Assembly: GCA_030696455.1 (NCBI GenBank)
Contig: JAUYSH010000026.1
Coordinates: 8,764 to 72,763 of the forward strand
From: Elusimicrobiota bacterium
Lineage (GTDB): Bacteria > Elusimicrobiota > Elusimicrobia > UBA1565 > UBA9628
Length of the DNA stretch: 64,000 bases
Direction: 5' to 3'
The notes under the pieces are model-generated. The model saw only the letters and a program-made list of their open reading frames with translations. It did not search any database and had not been told where the DNA came from. How positions within the stretch are numbered: position 1 is the first letter of the stretch; each line of letters opens with the position of its first letter. Shown in pieces: positions 7,468-16,023 of this stretch. The position numbers were made by a program, and so were the translations under genes.

Positions 7468-9338
7468 AGCGGCGCGTCGTCTGGGTCGAGCGCCTCACGG
7501 CCCCGACCGCGGCGCGGCTCTGGGCGCGCGCCGTCCTCGGCTCCGGCGAGGTGCGCTACGATCCCCGCGACGCCACGCCCGCCGGGCGGCGCGTCGCGGC
7601 GCTCGCCGGAGGCCGGTTCCAAGAGCGCTCGCTCACCTGCGCGCGGCGAGACGCCTCGGGCGAGGCGCTGTACTACCGCCGGGAGGACGAGCTGCAATCC
7701 GCCCTCGGGGGCTTCGCGGACTCCGCGCTGGCGGACCGCCCTCCCCGTGAGCGGCGCGCGCTGGCTTGCTTCTTGGCGAACTGGCTCGCCGACCGGGAGA
7801 CCTTCCTCGTGATGGCGGAGGAGGAGGCCAGGAGCGAAGGCGACCGCGAGCATGAATACCTCGTCGTGCGCCAGCCCGCCGCTTTTATGCTCGAACGCCC
7901 GGGCCGCCGCCGGCGGCAGGATTGGTCGCGTCGCGGCACGGTGCGCGCGTTCGCCGCGCCGCTCGCGGTGTGGGCGCGGGCGCTGAAGGCTTCGCTGCTC
8001 AAGCCGGCGGCCGCCAGCGGAGGCCTCCACGGGCGCGATTCCGTCTGGGTCGAATACTATCCCGACGACGTCGGAGGCTACGTCTCCCGCGCCTTCTGGA
8101 AGGACGCGGTCGACCCCGCGCGCTTCGACCGCGTGTTCTACGGCGACGCGCCGGACACGCCCGTCGCCGGCGCCGCCGCGAAGATCGAGGCCTTCGGCTT
8201 CGGCTGGATCGACGCCCGGCGGCCGTGGGAGATCGCGCCGCCCGGCTTCGGGACGCTGTCGCGCCTGCTGGGCGGGGCCCTGGCCTCGACGCGGCGGCCG
8301 TGGTGGCTGAGGATGTTCGAGTTCGAGCTCGCCCTTTGGACCGCCATCTGGGAGGGCGCCTTCCGCCGCCACCGCGTGCGGGCGCTGTATCAGTACCAGG
8401 ACTTCTCCTGGCGCCAGGAGGCGCAGGCGCGGGCCCTCGAGCGCACGGGCGGGACGATGATCGGAGTGCACTGGGCCGAGGCGCCGTTCCTCGCCGAGCC
8501 GGAGCACCTGACCCCCTTCGACGTCTATTTCGCCTGGGGCGTCAATCAAAGCCGGCGCCTCGCGGGCAAAGGCCACGACTGCCGGGCGATACTCCCCTGC
8601 GGATCGTGGATCCTCCCCGAGGAGAAGGAGACCGCCGCCGTGCGCGACGCGCTCGGGACCAAGGCGTTCGCGCTCGCCTTGTTCGACACCTCCTACTCGG
8701 ACCGGATATTCGTCTCGGGACGGATGCTGTCCGATTTCCTGCTCGGCGCCCTGACCTTGGTGGAATCCCGCCCCGGCTGGAAGGTCGTCCTCAAGCCGAA
8801 GGGCAACGCCTCCTACGCAGCCCTCCCGGACGGAGGCCGGATCGACGCAATGATCTCCCGCCTGCGCGCCGAAGGCCGGGCGGTCCTCGTGGACCGGCTG
8901 GTCTCCCCGGTCAGCGTCGGCCTCGCCTGCGACCTGTCCGTGGGCATCGGCGTCAACAGCGCGTCGGTGCTCGCCGGAGCCTTCGGAGGGCGCTGCATCC
9001 ATTGGGACTGCGCCGGCTGGAAGCGGCACCCCCTGGTCCGAGACGGGGCCGGGACGGTGGTGTTCGACCGGCTCGAGGAGACCCTCGCCGCGGCCGCGGC
9101 CGCCCCGGGAAACCCGAAGATCGGCGATTTTTCGCGCTGGGCCCGCCTCGTCAACCATTTCGACGACCGCCGCGCCCCAGGACGCGTCGGGGGCTGGATG
9201 GCGGATTACCTGGACGCGCTCTCGAAAGGGGCCTCCGCGGAAGAGTCCCGGGCCGCGGCAACCTCCGCCTACCGCGGCCTCCACGGGGTCCCGGACGGCT
9301 TCGCCGAACGCGGAGAATGGTGGACCCGGGGGCTCTGA
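7464..9338 (+). CDS. Hypothetical protein, candidate non-classical glycosyltransferase
   Basis: ~624 aa with balanced composition (W/F/Y/D/E rich), unlike the Arg/Gly/Pro-rich antisense ORF 7413..9365. GTG 7464 gives a GTGA overlap with wbuX. Shares the collinear motifs GGTMIGVHW and FDVYFAWG with the proteins at 21460 and 51560. Confidence 0.65.
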   Translation: MKRRVVWVERLTAPTAARLWARAVLGSGEVRYDPRDATPAGRRVAALAGGRFQERSLTCARRDASGEALYYRREDELQSALGGFADSALADRPPRERRALACFLANWLADRETFLVMAEEEARSEGDREHEYLVVRQPAAFMLERPGRRRRQDWSRRGTVRAFAAPLAVWARALKASLLKPAAASGGLHGRDSVWVEYYPDDVGGYVSRAFWKDAVDPARFDRVFYGDAPDTPVAGAAAKIEAFGFGWIDARRPWEIAPPGFGTLSRLLGGALASTRRPWWLRMFEFELALWTAIWEGAFRRHRVRALYQYQDFSWRQEAQARALERTGGTMIGVHWAEAPFLAEPEHLTPFDVYFAWGVNQSRRLAGKGHDCRAILPCGSWILPEEKETAAVRDALGTKAFALALFDTSYSDRIFVSGRMLSDFLLGALTLVESRPGWKVVLKPKGNASYAALPDGGRIDAMISRLRAEGRAVLVDRLVSPVSVGLACDLSVGIGVNSASVLAGAFGGRCIHWDCAGWKRHPLVRDGAGTVVFDRLEETLAAAAAAPGNPKIGDFSRWARLVNHFDDRRAPGRVGGWMADYLDALSKGASAEESRAAATSAYRGLHGVPDGFAERGEWWTRGL

Positions 9339-9357
9339 ATCCCCCCCTTTGCATATT

Positions 9358-9366
9358 TGGTACAAT
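9358..9366 (+). promoter_or_regulatory. Extended -10 box TGGTACAAT upstream of pseB
   Basis: Lies in a true 41-nt intergenic gap that is the most AT-rich stretch nearby (tttgcatatttggtacaat). 13 nt upstream of ATG 9380. Confidence 0.45.
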
Positions 9367-9379
9367 CCCGTTTCAACCC

Positions 9380-10396
9380 ATGCTCAACGATAAAGTCGTC
9401 CTGATCACCGGCGGAACCGGCTCCTTCGGCAAGGCCTTCATCGCCTCCGTCCTGAAGGATCAGAAGCCCCGGAAGCTGATCGTCTACAGCCGCGACGAGC
9501 TCAAGCAGTTCGAGATGCTCCGCCTCTTCGACGCGAAGGCCTACCCGGCGATCCGCTACTTCATCGGCGACGTCCGCGACCGCGAGCGGCTGTACCGCGC
9601 GTTCGACGGCGTCGACGTCGTCATCCACGCCGCCGCCCTCAAGCAGGTGCCCACCGCCGAGTACAACCCGATGGAGGCCATCAAGACGAACGTCCTCGGG
9701 GCCTCGAACGTGATCGACGCGGCGATCGACCGGAAGGTCAAGACCGTCGTCGCGCTCTCGACCGACAAGGCCGTCAACCCGGTCAACCTGTACGGCGCGA
9801 CGAAGCTGTGCTCCGACAAGCTCTTCGTCGCCGCGAACAACTACGCGGGAGCCACCGGCACCCGCTTCTCGGTCGTGCGCTACGGCAACGTCGTCGGCAG
9901 CCGCGGCTCGGTGATCCCGTTCTTCCTGAAGGCCAAGAAGACGGGGGTCCTCCCGATCACCGACAAGCGCATGACGCGCTTCTGGATCACGCTCGACCAG
10001 GCGGTCGCGTTCGTGATGCGCTCCCTGGAGATGATGGAAGGCGGCGAGATCTTCGTCCCGAAGATCCCGAGCATGAACATCATGGACCTGGCCAAGGCCG
10101 TCGCGCCCGAATGCCAAACCCAAGAGGTCGGCATCCGGCCCGGCGAGAAGCTCCATGAGGTCATGGTCACCGAGGACGACGCGCGGGACACCCTCGAGTA
10201 CCCGGATCGGTACGTGATCCTGCCCGCGTCCCACGAGTGGAACGAGAACCTCGGCAAGAAGACGAAGGGCATCCAGCGCTGCCCCGACGGCTTCCGCTAC
10301 AGCAGCGACGGGAACAAGGACTGGCTCACCGTCGAGCAGCTTCGGACCATGATCAAGGGGCTGATCCTGGAGGACGCACCGGCCCATGCCGGCTGA
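9380..10396 (+). CDS. pseB: UDP-N-acetylglucosamine 4,6-dehydratase (inverting), pseudaminic acid pathway
   Basis: MLNDKVVLITGGTGSFGKAF, IRYFIGDVRDRERL, VIHAAALKQVPTAEYNPMEAIKTNVLG, STDKAVNPVNLYGATKLCSDKLF, RYGNVVGSRGSVIPFF. Only the last 339 codons of track ORF 7922..10396. Confidence 0.92.
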   Translation: MLNDKVVLITGGTGSFGKAFIASVLKDQKPRKLIVYSRDELKQFEMLRLFDAKAYPAIRYFIGDVRDRERLYRAFDGVDVVIHAAALKQVPTAEYNPMEAIKTNVLGASNVIDAAIDRKVKTVVALSTDKAVNPVNLYGATKLCSDKLFVAANNYAGATGTRFSVVRYGNVVGSRGSVIPFFLKAKKTGVLPITDKRMTRFWITLDQAVAFVMRSLEMMEGGEIFVPKIPSMNIMDLAKAVAPECQTQEVGIRPGEKLHEVMVTEDDARDTLEYPDRYVILPASHEWNENLGKKTKGIQRCPDGFRYSSDGNKDWLTVEQLRTMIKGLILEDAPAHAG

Positions 10397-11897
10397 GGCG
10401 CCGCTCCTCCTTCTTCGCGCCGACGCCGGGCCCGGGATCGGCTCCGGGCATGTCTCCCGCCTGCTGTCCCTCGCCGAAGCCTGGATCGACGCCGGAGGCC
10501 GCGCCCGCCTGCTGACCGCCGGCCTCTCCGCCGAGATGTCCTTGCGCGCCGGAGCGCTAGGCGTCGAGATCGCTCGGCTCCCCGCCGCGCATCCTGCCCC
10601 CGCCGACCTCGCCGCGCTGAAGGCCGCGATCGCCGCGGCCGGCCCGAAGCCCTGGGTCGCCGTCGACGGGTACCTTTTCGACGCCGCGTACTACCGCGGC
10701 GCCCGCGAGGCCGGCGCGCGCGTGCTCGCGGTCGAGGACGTCCCGCGCCTGCCGGACTACCCCGTCGACGTCTTCCTCAATCAGAACGCCGGCGCCGAGA
10801 CGCTTTCCTATCCGCTGCCGCCCGAGGCGCTGCCCCTGCTCGGTCCCGGGTGGGCGCTGCTGCGCCGCAATCGCTCCGAGGCGGCCCCGAGCAGGACGCC
10901 GGCCCAGGAGCCCCGGATCCTCGTCTCGTTCGGCGGCGCGGATCCCGGGGACGCGACGGGGCTCGCGATCCGCGCGCTGAAGCGGCTCAAGTCCCCATAC
11001 CGCGCGCTCGTCGTCGCCGGCCCGGACAACCCGCGCCTCGCGGCGCTCACGGCGCTCGCGGAAGGCTCCCCGATCGTCGTCAAGAAAGCCGTCAACATGG
11101 CCGTGGAGATGGGAAGCTCCGACGCGGCCCTGCTCGGGGGCGGCGTCACGATGCTCGAGTCCTGCGCCGCGGGCCTGCCCTCGCTGATCGCGACGGTCGC
11201 CGCCAACCAGGAGCCCGGCGCGAGCGCCCTGTCGCGCGGCGGCGCCGTGCGCCTGCTCGGCCGCGCCGCCGATCTTTCCGAGGAAGCCGTCGCGGCCGCG
11301 CTCGACGGACTTCTCGGAGACCGGACGGGGCGCGAGGCGCTCGCGCGCCAAGGCCGGCTGGCGGTCGACGGCCGCGGCGCGGCGCGCGTCGCCGCGGCCC
11401 TGCTGGCGCTGTCCGAGCCGCGCCTCTCCTCCGACTGGGTCCGCCTGCGGCGCGCCGTGCCGGATGACGCCCTGGAGGTCTGGCGCATCGCCAACGATCC
11501 GTCGGTGCGCGCTCACTCCTTCCGCCGCGAGCCGATCCCGCTCGCCGACCACCTCGCGTGGTTCCGCGCGCGGCTCGAGGACGAGAACGCCCGCTTCTGG
11601 GTCATCGAGGCCGGGTTCGTCGTCGCGGGCCAGGTGCGCTACGCCCGCTCCGGCGACGAGGCCGAGGTCCACTACTCCGTGCGCGGCGCGTTCCGCGGCA
11701 AGGGGCTCGGCACCTTGGCGCTCGAGCAGTCGCGCCGGCTCGCCTGCCGCGAGCTCGGCGTCAAGCGCCTGACGGGCGCCGTGATCTCGCCCAACGAGCC
11801 GTCGGAGCGTTCGTTCGTCTCGGCCGGCTGGACGCGCAAGGGCGACGAGACGCGCGACGGCGCGGCCTGCGCCGTCTACGAGGCCTCATGCTCGTGA
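10386..11897 (+). CDS. pseG: Bifunctional PseG (UDP-2,4-diacetamido-2,4,6-trideoxy-beta-L-altropyranose hydrolase) / PseH-like GNAT N-acetyltransferase fusion
   Basis: N-terminus LLLLRADAGPGIGSGHVSRLLSLAEAW is the PseG GT-B-like start. The C-terminal ~160 aa (LRRAVPDDALEVWRIANDP...VRGAFRGKGLGTLALEQS...NEPSERSFVSAGW) is a GNAT fold. Single ORF, no stop between the domains. Confidence 0.82.
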   Translation: MPAEAPLLLLRADAGPGIGSGHVSRLLSLAEAWIDAGGRARLLTAGLSAEMSLRAGALGVEIARLPAAHPAPADLAALKAAIAAAGPKPWVAVDGYLFDAAYYRGAREAGARVLAVEDVPRLPDYPVDVFLNQNAGAETLSYPLPPEALPLLGPGWALLRRNRSEAAPSRTPAQEPRILVSFGGADPGDATGLAIRALKRLKSPYRALVVAGPDNPRLAALTALAEGSPIVVKKAVNMAVEMGSSDAALLGGGVTMLESCAAGLPSLIATVAANQEPGASALSRGGAVRLLGRAADLSEEAVAAALDGLLGDRTGREALARQGRLAVDGRGAARVAAALLALSEPRLSSDWVRLRRAVPDDALEVWRIANDPSVRAHSFRREPIPLADHLAWFRARLEDENARFWVIEAGFVVAGQVRYARSGDEAEVHYSVRGAFRGKGLGTLALEQSRRLACRELGVKRLTGAVISPNEPSERSFVSAGWTRKGDETRDGAACAVYEASCS

Positions 11898-12931
11898 TCG
11901 GCGGCCGCAAGATCGGCGCGGGGCATCCGATGTTCGTCATCGCGGAGATGTCGTGCAACCACCACGGCCGCTACGCCGAGGCGGCGCGCCTCGTGCGCGC
12001 GGCCAAGGCCGCCGGCGCCGACGCGATCAAGCTGCAGACCTACACGCCCGACACCATGACGCTCGACGGCGACCAGCCGTGGTTCAAGATCAAGGGCACG
12101 ATCTGGAACGGCCGCGGTCTCTACGGCCTGTACAAGGAAGCGATGACCCCGTGGGAGTGGCACGCCCCGCTCAAGAAGCTCGCGAACTCCCTCGGCCTCG
12201 TCCTTTTCTCCTCTCCGTTCGACGCCAGCGCCGTCGACTTCCTCGAGAGGCTGCGCATGCCCGCCTACAAGATCGCCTCGTTCGAGAACGGCGACATCCC
12301 TCTGATCCGGAAGGTCGCCCGGACGCGCAAGCCGGTGATCGTGTCGACCGGGACGGCGACGACCGCCGAGGTCGACGAGGCCGTCAAGACGCTCAGGGCC
12401 GCGAAGGCGAAGTTCGCTTTGCTCAAGTGCGTGAGCGCCTACCCCGCCCCCGAGTCCGAGATGAACCTGCGCGCGATCCCCGCCCTCGCCGCCCGGCACG
12501 GAGTCCCCGTCGGGCTCTCCGACCACACGCTCGGAGCCACGACGGCGATCGCGGCGGCCGCCCTCGGGGCCTGCGTCCTCGAGAAGCACCTCATCCTGAA
12601 GCGCTCCGCCGGGGGGCCCGACGCCAAGTTCTCCATGGAGCCCGCCGAGTTCAAGGCCATGGTCCGGGCCATCCGCTCCGCCGAGGCGGCGCTGGGCGAC
12701 GGCAAGCTCGGCCCCGCGCCGAGCGAGGCCCCCTCGCGCGCGTTCCGGCGTTCCCTGTTCGTCGTCGAAGACGTGAAGAAGGGAGAGCGGCTCACGCCCG
12801 GAAACCTGCGGGCGATCCGGCCCGGCAACGGTCTTTCGCCCCGGGAGTTCGACGCGGCGATCGGCCGCCGGGCCAAGGCCGACATCGCGCGCGGCACCCC
12901 GCTGTCGTGGGACCTGCTGAAGAGCCGCTGA
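11888..12931 (+). CDS. pseI: Pseudaminic acid synthase
   Basis: FVIAEMSCNHHG, GADAIKLQTYTPDTMTL, TIWNGRGLYGLYKEAMTPWEW, FSSPFDASAVDFLERLRMPAYKIASFENGDIPLI, C-terminal SAF domain. ATG 11888 lies within track ORF 11558. Confidence 0.9.
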   Translation: MLVIGGRKIGAGHPMFVIAEMSCNHHGRYAEAARLVRAAKAAGADAIKLQTYTPDTMTLDGDQPWFKIKGTIWNGRGLYGLYKEAMTPWEWHAPLKKLANSLGLVLFSSPFDASAVDFLERLRMPAYKIASFENGDIPLIRKVARTRKPVIVSTGTATTAEVDEAVKTLRAAKAKFALLKCVSAYPAPESEMNLRAIPALAARHGVPVGLSDHTLGATTAIAAAALGACVLEKHLILKRSAGGPDAKFSMEPAEFKAMVRAIRSAEAALGDGKLGPAPSEAPSRAFRRSLFVVEDVKKGERLTPGNLRAIRPGNGLSPREFDAAIGRRAKADIARGTPLSWDLLKSR

Positions 12932-12932
12932 G

Positions 12933-13940
12933 ATGAGAAAGCCCCCGATCAGGACGGCCCTCATCGTCGGCTGCGGCTCGATCGCCCGCCGTCACGCCGC
13001 CAATCTCAAGCGTCTCGGAGTGAAGCGCGTGCTCGTCTGCGACCTCGACGCCGAGCGCGCCGAGCACATGCGCCGGGAATCGGGCTGCGTGATCGTCGCC
13101 TCCGTCGCGGCCGGCCTCGACTCCCGCCCCGGCGCGGCGCTGATCTGCACGCCCCCCTCCGCGCACGCCGAGGCGGCGCTGGCGGCCATCGCCCGCGGCG
13201 TGCCCTGCTTCGTCGAAAAGCCCGCCGCCCACACGGCGCTCGACGCCGAGCGCATCCGGCGCGCGGCCGCGAAACGGCGCGTGCCCGTGATGATCGGCTA
13301 CCAGCTCCGCTTCCATCCGGCGATCGCCTGGATCCGGCGCGGCCTGGACCAGCGGCGCTGGGGGCCGATCCAGTACCTGCGCGCCCAGGTCGGCCAGTAC
13401 CTTCCCGACTGGCGGCCTTGGCAGGACTACCGCAAGAGCTACACCGCCCGGAGGTCCCTCGGCGGCGGCATCCTGCTCGACGCCTCGCACGAGATCGACC
13501 TCGCCCTCCATCTCGCCGGCCCGGCGAAATCGGTCTACTGCGCCGCCGACCGTCTCAGCGCTCTGGACGTCGACGTCGAGGACACCGCGGAGATGACCCT
13601 GCGCTTCCGAGGCGGGGCCATGGGCAGCGTCCATCTGGACATGATCCGGCGCGCCTACGACCGCTCGTGCCAGCTCCTCTGCCGCGACGGCGTCGTCGAG
13701 TGGTCCTACCAGGACGGGCTCGTGCGCGAATACCGGGCCCGCTCGAAGAAATGGACGGAGCACGCCTTCACGAAGGACCCCAACGCGATGTATCTCGCCG
13801 AGATGAAGGCCTTCCTCGCCCTCGCGCGCGGCGCCGGCGCGGCGGACGCGGCCGGGCCCGAGGAAGGCGCCGCGGCCCTGCGCATCGTCGAAGCGGCCAA
13901 ACGCTCGGCGGCCGCGGGACGGAACCTCCCCGTCCGATGA
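12933..13940 (+). CDS. Gfo/Idh/MocA family NAD(P)-dependent oxidoreductase
   Basis: IVGCGSIARRHAANL Rossmann start and CFVEKP motif. 335 aa. Confidence 0.8.
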   Translation: MRKPPIRTALIVGCGSIARRHAANLKRLGVKRVLVCDLDAERAEHMRRESGCVIVASVAAGLDSRPGAALICTPPSAHAEAALAAIARGVPCFVEKPAAHTALDAERIRRAAAKRRVPVMIGYQLRFHPAIAWIRRGLDQRRWGPIQYLRAQVGQYLPDWRPWQDYRKSYTARRSLGGGILLDASHEIDLALHLAGPAKSVYCAADRLSALDVDVEDTAEMTLRFRGGAMGSVHLDMIRRAYDRSCQLLCRDGVVEWSYQDGLVREYRARSKKWTEHAFTKDPNAMYLAEMKAFLALARGAGAADAAGPEEGAAALRIVEAAKRSAAAGRNLPVR

Positions 13941-16012
13941 GGATCGTCGCGATCGTCCAGGCCCGCATGGGCTCGACCCGCCTGCCGGGGAAGGTGCTCG
14001 AGCGCCTCGACGACCGCTCGATGCTGTGGCATGTCCTGCGCCGGGCGCGGGCGGCGAAAACCCTCGATCAGGTGATCCTGGCCACCACGACGGCCCCGGA
14101 GGACCGGGCCCTCGAGGCCGTCGCCCGGGAGCTCGGCGTCGAAACGGTTTTCGGCCACCCCACCGATGTTCTCGACCGCTACTATCAGGCCGCCCGCGCC
14201 GCCGGCGCGGACGCGGTGGTGCGCCTGACCGCCGACTGCCCGTTCCTGGACCCCGGCGTCATCGACGAGTGCGTCGCTCTGTACAAGTCCTCCGGCTGCG
14301 CCTACGCCTCGAACGCGATCAAGCGCAGCTTTCCCGACGGCCTCGACGTCGAGGTGATCTCCCTCGCCGCCCTCGAAGCCGCCTGGAAGGAAGCCCGGCT
14401 CGCCTCCGAGCGCGAGCACGTGACCCCCTTCATCTGGAAGGACCCGGCGCGCTTCCCCGCGGCCGAGCTCACGCGGGAGACGGACCTGTCCGGGCTGCGC
14501 TGGTGCGTCGACAACCCCCGGGACCTCGAGCTCGCCCGGGCCGTTTGCCGCGGCTTGGCCCCGGACGGCCGCCTGTTCGGTTATCAGGAATTGCTAGAAT
14601 TCATCAAGGCGACGCCGGGCCTGGCCGACCTCAACGCCGGCATCGATTGCAACGAGGGCTACGCCAAGTCCCTCAGCCAGGACCATGCCGTCGCCCCCCC
14701 GATCAAAACCATGGAAACCGCCAAAAAACCCAGCTTTTCCGCCTCCCAGGACCTCATGGCGAAGGCCGCCCGCCTCATTCCCGGCTGCAGCCAGACCTTC
14801 AGCAAGGCCCCCAATCAATTCGTGAAAGGCGTCACCCCCGTGTTCGCCGAGCGGGCCGAGGGCTGCCGCTTCTGGGACGTCGACGGCAACGAATTCGTCG
14901 ATTTTCCGCTGGCCCTCGGCCCGATCATCCTGGGCCACCGGGATCCGGATGTCGAGGCCGCCGTGCGCGCTCAGCTCGATAAGGGCACGCTGTTCTCGCT
15001 GCCGCACCGCCTCGAGGTCGAGGTCGCCGAGCTCGTCGCCGCGACCGTGCCGTGCGCCGAGATGGTCCGCTTCGGCAAGAACGGCTCCGACGTGACCGCC
15101 GCCGCGGTCCGCATCGCGCGGGCGTTCACGGGCCGGGACCTCGTCGCTTGCTGCGGCTACCACGGCTGGCAGGACTGGTACGTCGGGACGACGACCCGCA
15201 ACGCGGGCGTTCCCGAAGCCGTGCGCGCCCTGACCAAGACCTTCGACTACAACGACCCCGCGTCGCTCGAGCGGCTTTTCGCGGCCAACCCCGGCAAGAT
15301 CGCCTGCGTGATCCTCGAGCCGATCGGCGTCGTCGAGCCCAAGCCCGGCTTCCTGAAGGCCGTCGCCGAGCTCGCCCGCAAGAACGGCGCCATCCTGATC
15401 TTCGACGAGGTCGTCACCGGCTTCCGCCTCGCCCTCGGCGGGGCGCAGGAGCATTACGGCGTGACGCCGGACCTGGCCTGCTTCGCCAAGGCCATGGCCA
15501 ACGGCTATCCGGTCTCCGCCGTGGCGGGCCGACGCGACCTCATGACGGTGTGCGAGACCGACATCTTCTTCTCCTTCACCTTCGGCGGAGAGGCCCTCTC
15601 GCTGGCCGCGGCGAAGGCGACGATCACCAAGCTCAAGACGCACAAGGTCATCCCGCACCTTTGGCGCCAAGGCAAGAAGCTCCAGGACTCGTTCAACGCC
15701 GAGTCCAAGCGTCTCGGCATCGGCCAGGTGGACTGCATCGGCCTGCCGCCGCACACCGTGGTGCGATTCCGCGACGCCAACAACGCGGATTCCCTGCCCA
15801 TGCGCAGCCTGTTCTCGCAGGAGATGATCAAGCGCGGATTCCTGTTCCTGACCGGCTTCAACATCTGCTTCGCCCACGACGACGAGACGATCGCCGCCGC
15901 GATCCGCGCCTGCCGGGAATCGCTGGAGATCCTCGCCGCCGCGGCCAAGGCGGGAGACGTCGAGAAGCGGCTGGAAGGGCCGTGCGTCGAAGCCGTGTTC
16001 CGCAAAGCCTGA
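13937..16012 (+). CDS. Fusion: SpsF/FlmC-type cytidylyltransferase domain + class III (glutamate-1-semialdehyde aminomutase-like) PLP aminotransferase domain
   Basis: N-terminus MRIVAIVQARMGSTRLPGKVL...RLTADCPFLDP (CTP_transf_3 type). From about METAKK (ATG 14711): FWDVDGNEFVDF, GKNGSDVTAAAVRIARA, IFDEVVTGFRLALGGAQ, FAKAMANGYP (class III AT with Lys). No stop between the domains. ATGA overlap at 13937. Confidence 0.8.
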   Translation: MRIVAIVQARMGSTRLPGKVLERLDDRSMLWHVLRRARAAKTLDQVILATTTAPEDRALEAVARELGVETVFGHPTDVLDRYYQAARAAGADAVVRLTADCPFLDPGVIDECVALYKSSGCAYASNAIKRSFPDGLDVEVISLAALEAAWKEARLASEREHVTPFIWKDPARFPAAELTRETDLSGLRWCVDNPRDLELARAVCRGLAPDGRLFGYQELLEFIKATPGLADLNAGIDCNEGYAKSLSQDHAVAPPIKTMETAKKPSFSASQDLMAKAARLIPGCSQTFSKAPNQFVKGVTPVFAERAEGCRFWDVDGNEFVDFPLALGPIILGHRDPDVEAAVRAQLDKGTLFSLPHRLEVEVAELVAATVPCAEMVRFGKNGSDVTAAAVRIARAFTGRDLVACCGYHGWQDWYVGTTTRNAGVPEAVRALTKTFDYNDPASLERLFAANPGKIACVILEPIGVVEPKPGFLKAVAELARKNGAILIFDEVVTGFRLALGGAQEHYGVTPDLACFAKAMANGYPVSAVAGRRDLMTVCETDIFFSFTFGGEALSLAAAKATITKLKTHKVIPHLWRQGKKLQDSFNAESKRLGIGQVDCIGLPPHTVVRFRDANNADSLPMRSLFSQEMIKRGFLFLTGFNICFAHDDETIAAAIRACRESLEILAAAAKAGDVEKRLEGPCVEAVFRKA

Positions 16013-16023
16013 CGGAGAATTTC

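Noticed and set aside
9341-9347. Poly-C tract (C7) just upstream of the pseB -10 box as a phase-variation switch, as in the Campylobacter glycosylation islands
   Set aside because: The tract is only 7 nt long. Comparable C/G runs occur inside genes (e.g. near 14694 and 39671) in this GC-rich DNA. There is no evidence of length heterogeneity from a single sequence.
7413-9365. 650-aa minus-strand ORF competing with the + strand ORF 7440..9338
   Set aside because: Neither ORF has a known family. However, the + strand product has a normal, aromatic-rich, balanced composition. It also fits the operon (GTGA coupling, same strand, G/C-ending codons). The minus-strand product is Gly/Arg/Pro/Ala-rich.
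7922-10396. 824-aa + strand ORF suggesting a giant PseB fusion
   Set aside because: The first ~485 codons are an out-of-frame overlap of the 7464..9338 gene (Arg/Pro-rich). The PseB homology begins exactly at ATG 9380, which is preceded by a true intergenic gap with a -10 box.
13418-13936. N-terminal extension of the cytidylyltransferase/aminotransferase ORF (track start 13418); similar extensions exist for ORFs 5201, 5941, 11558, 15052, 16101, 28921, 30138, 36474, 37337, 45375, 46406, 52531, 54475 and 56209
   Set aside because: These extensions overlap the preceding gene in another frame and are Arg/Pro-rich. Homology-type motifs begin at internal ATG/GTG codons that form ATGA/GTGA/TGATG junctions with the upstream stop.
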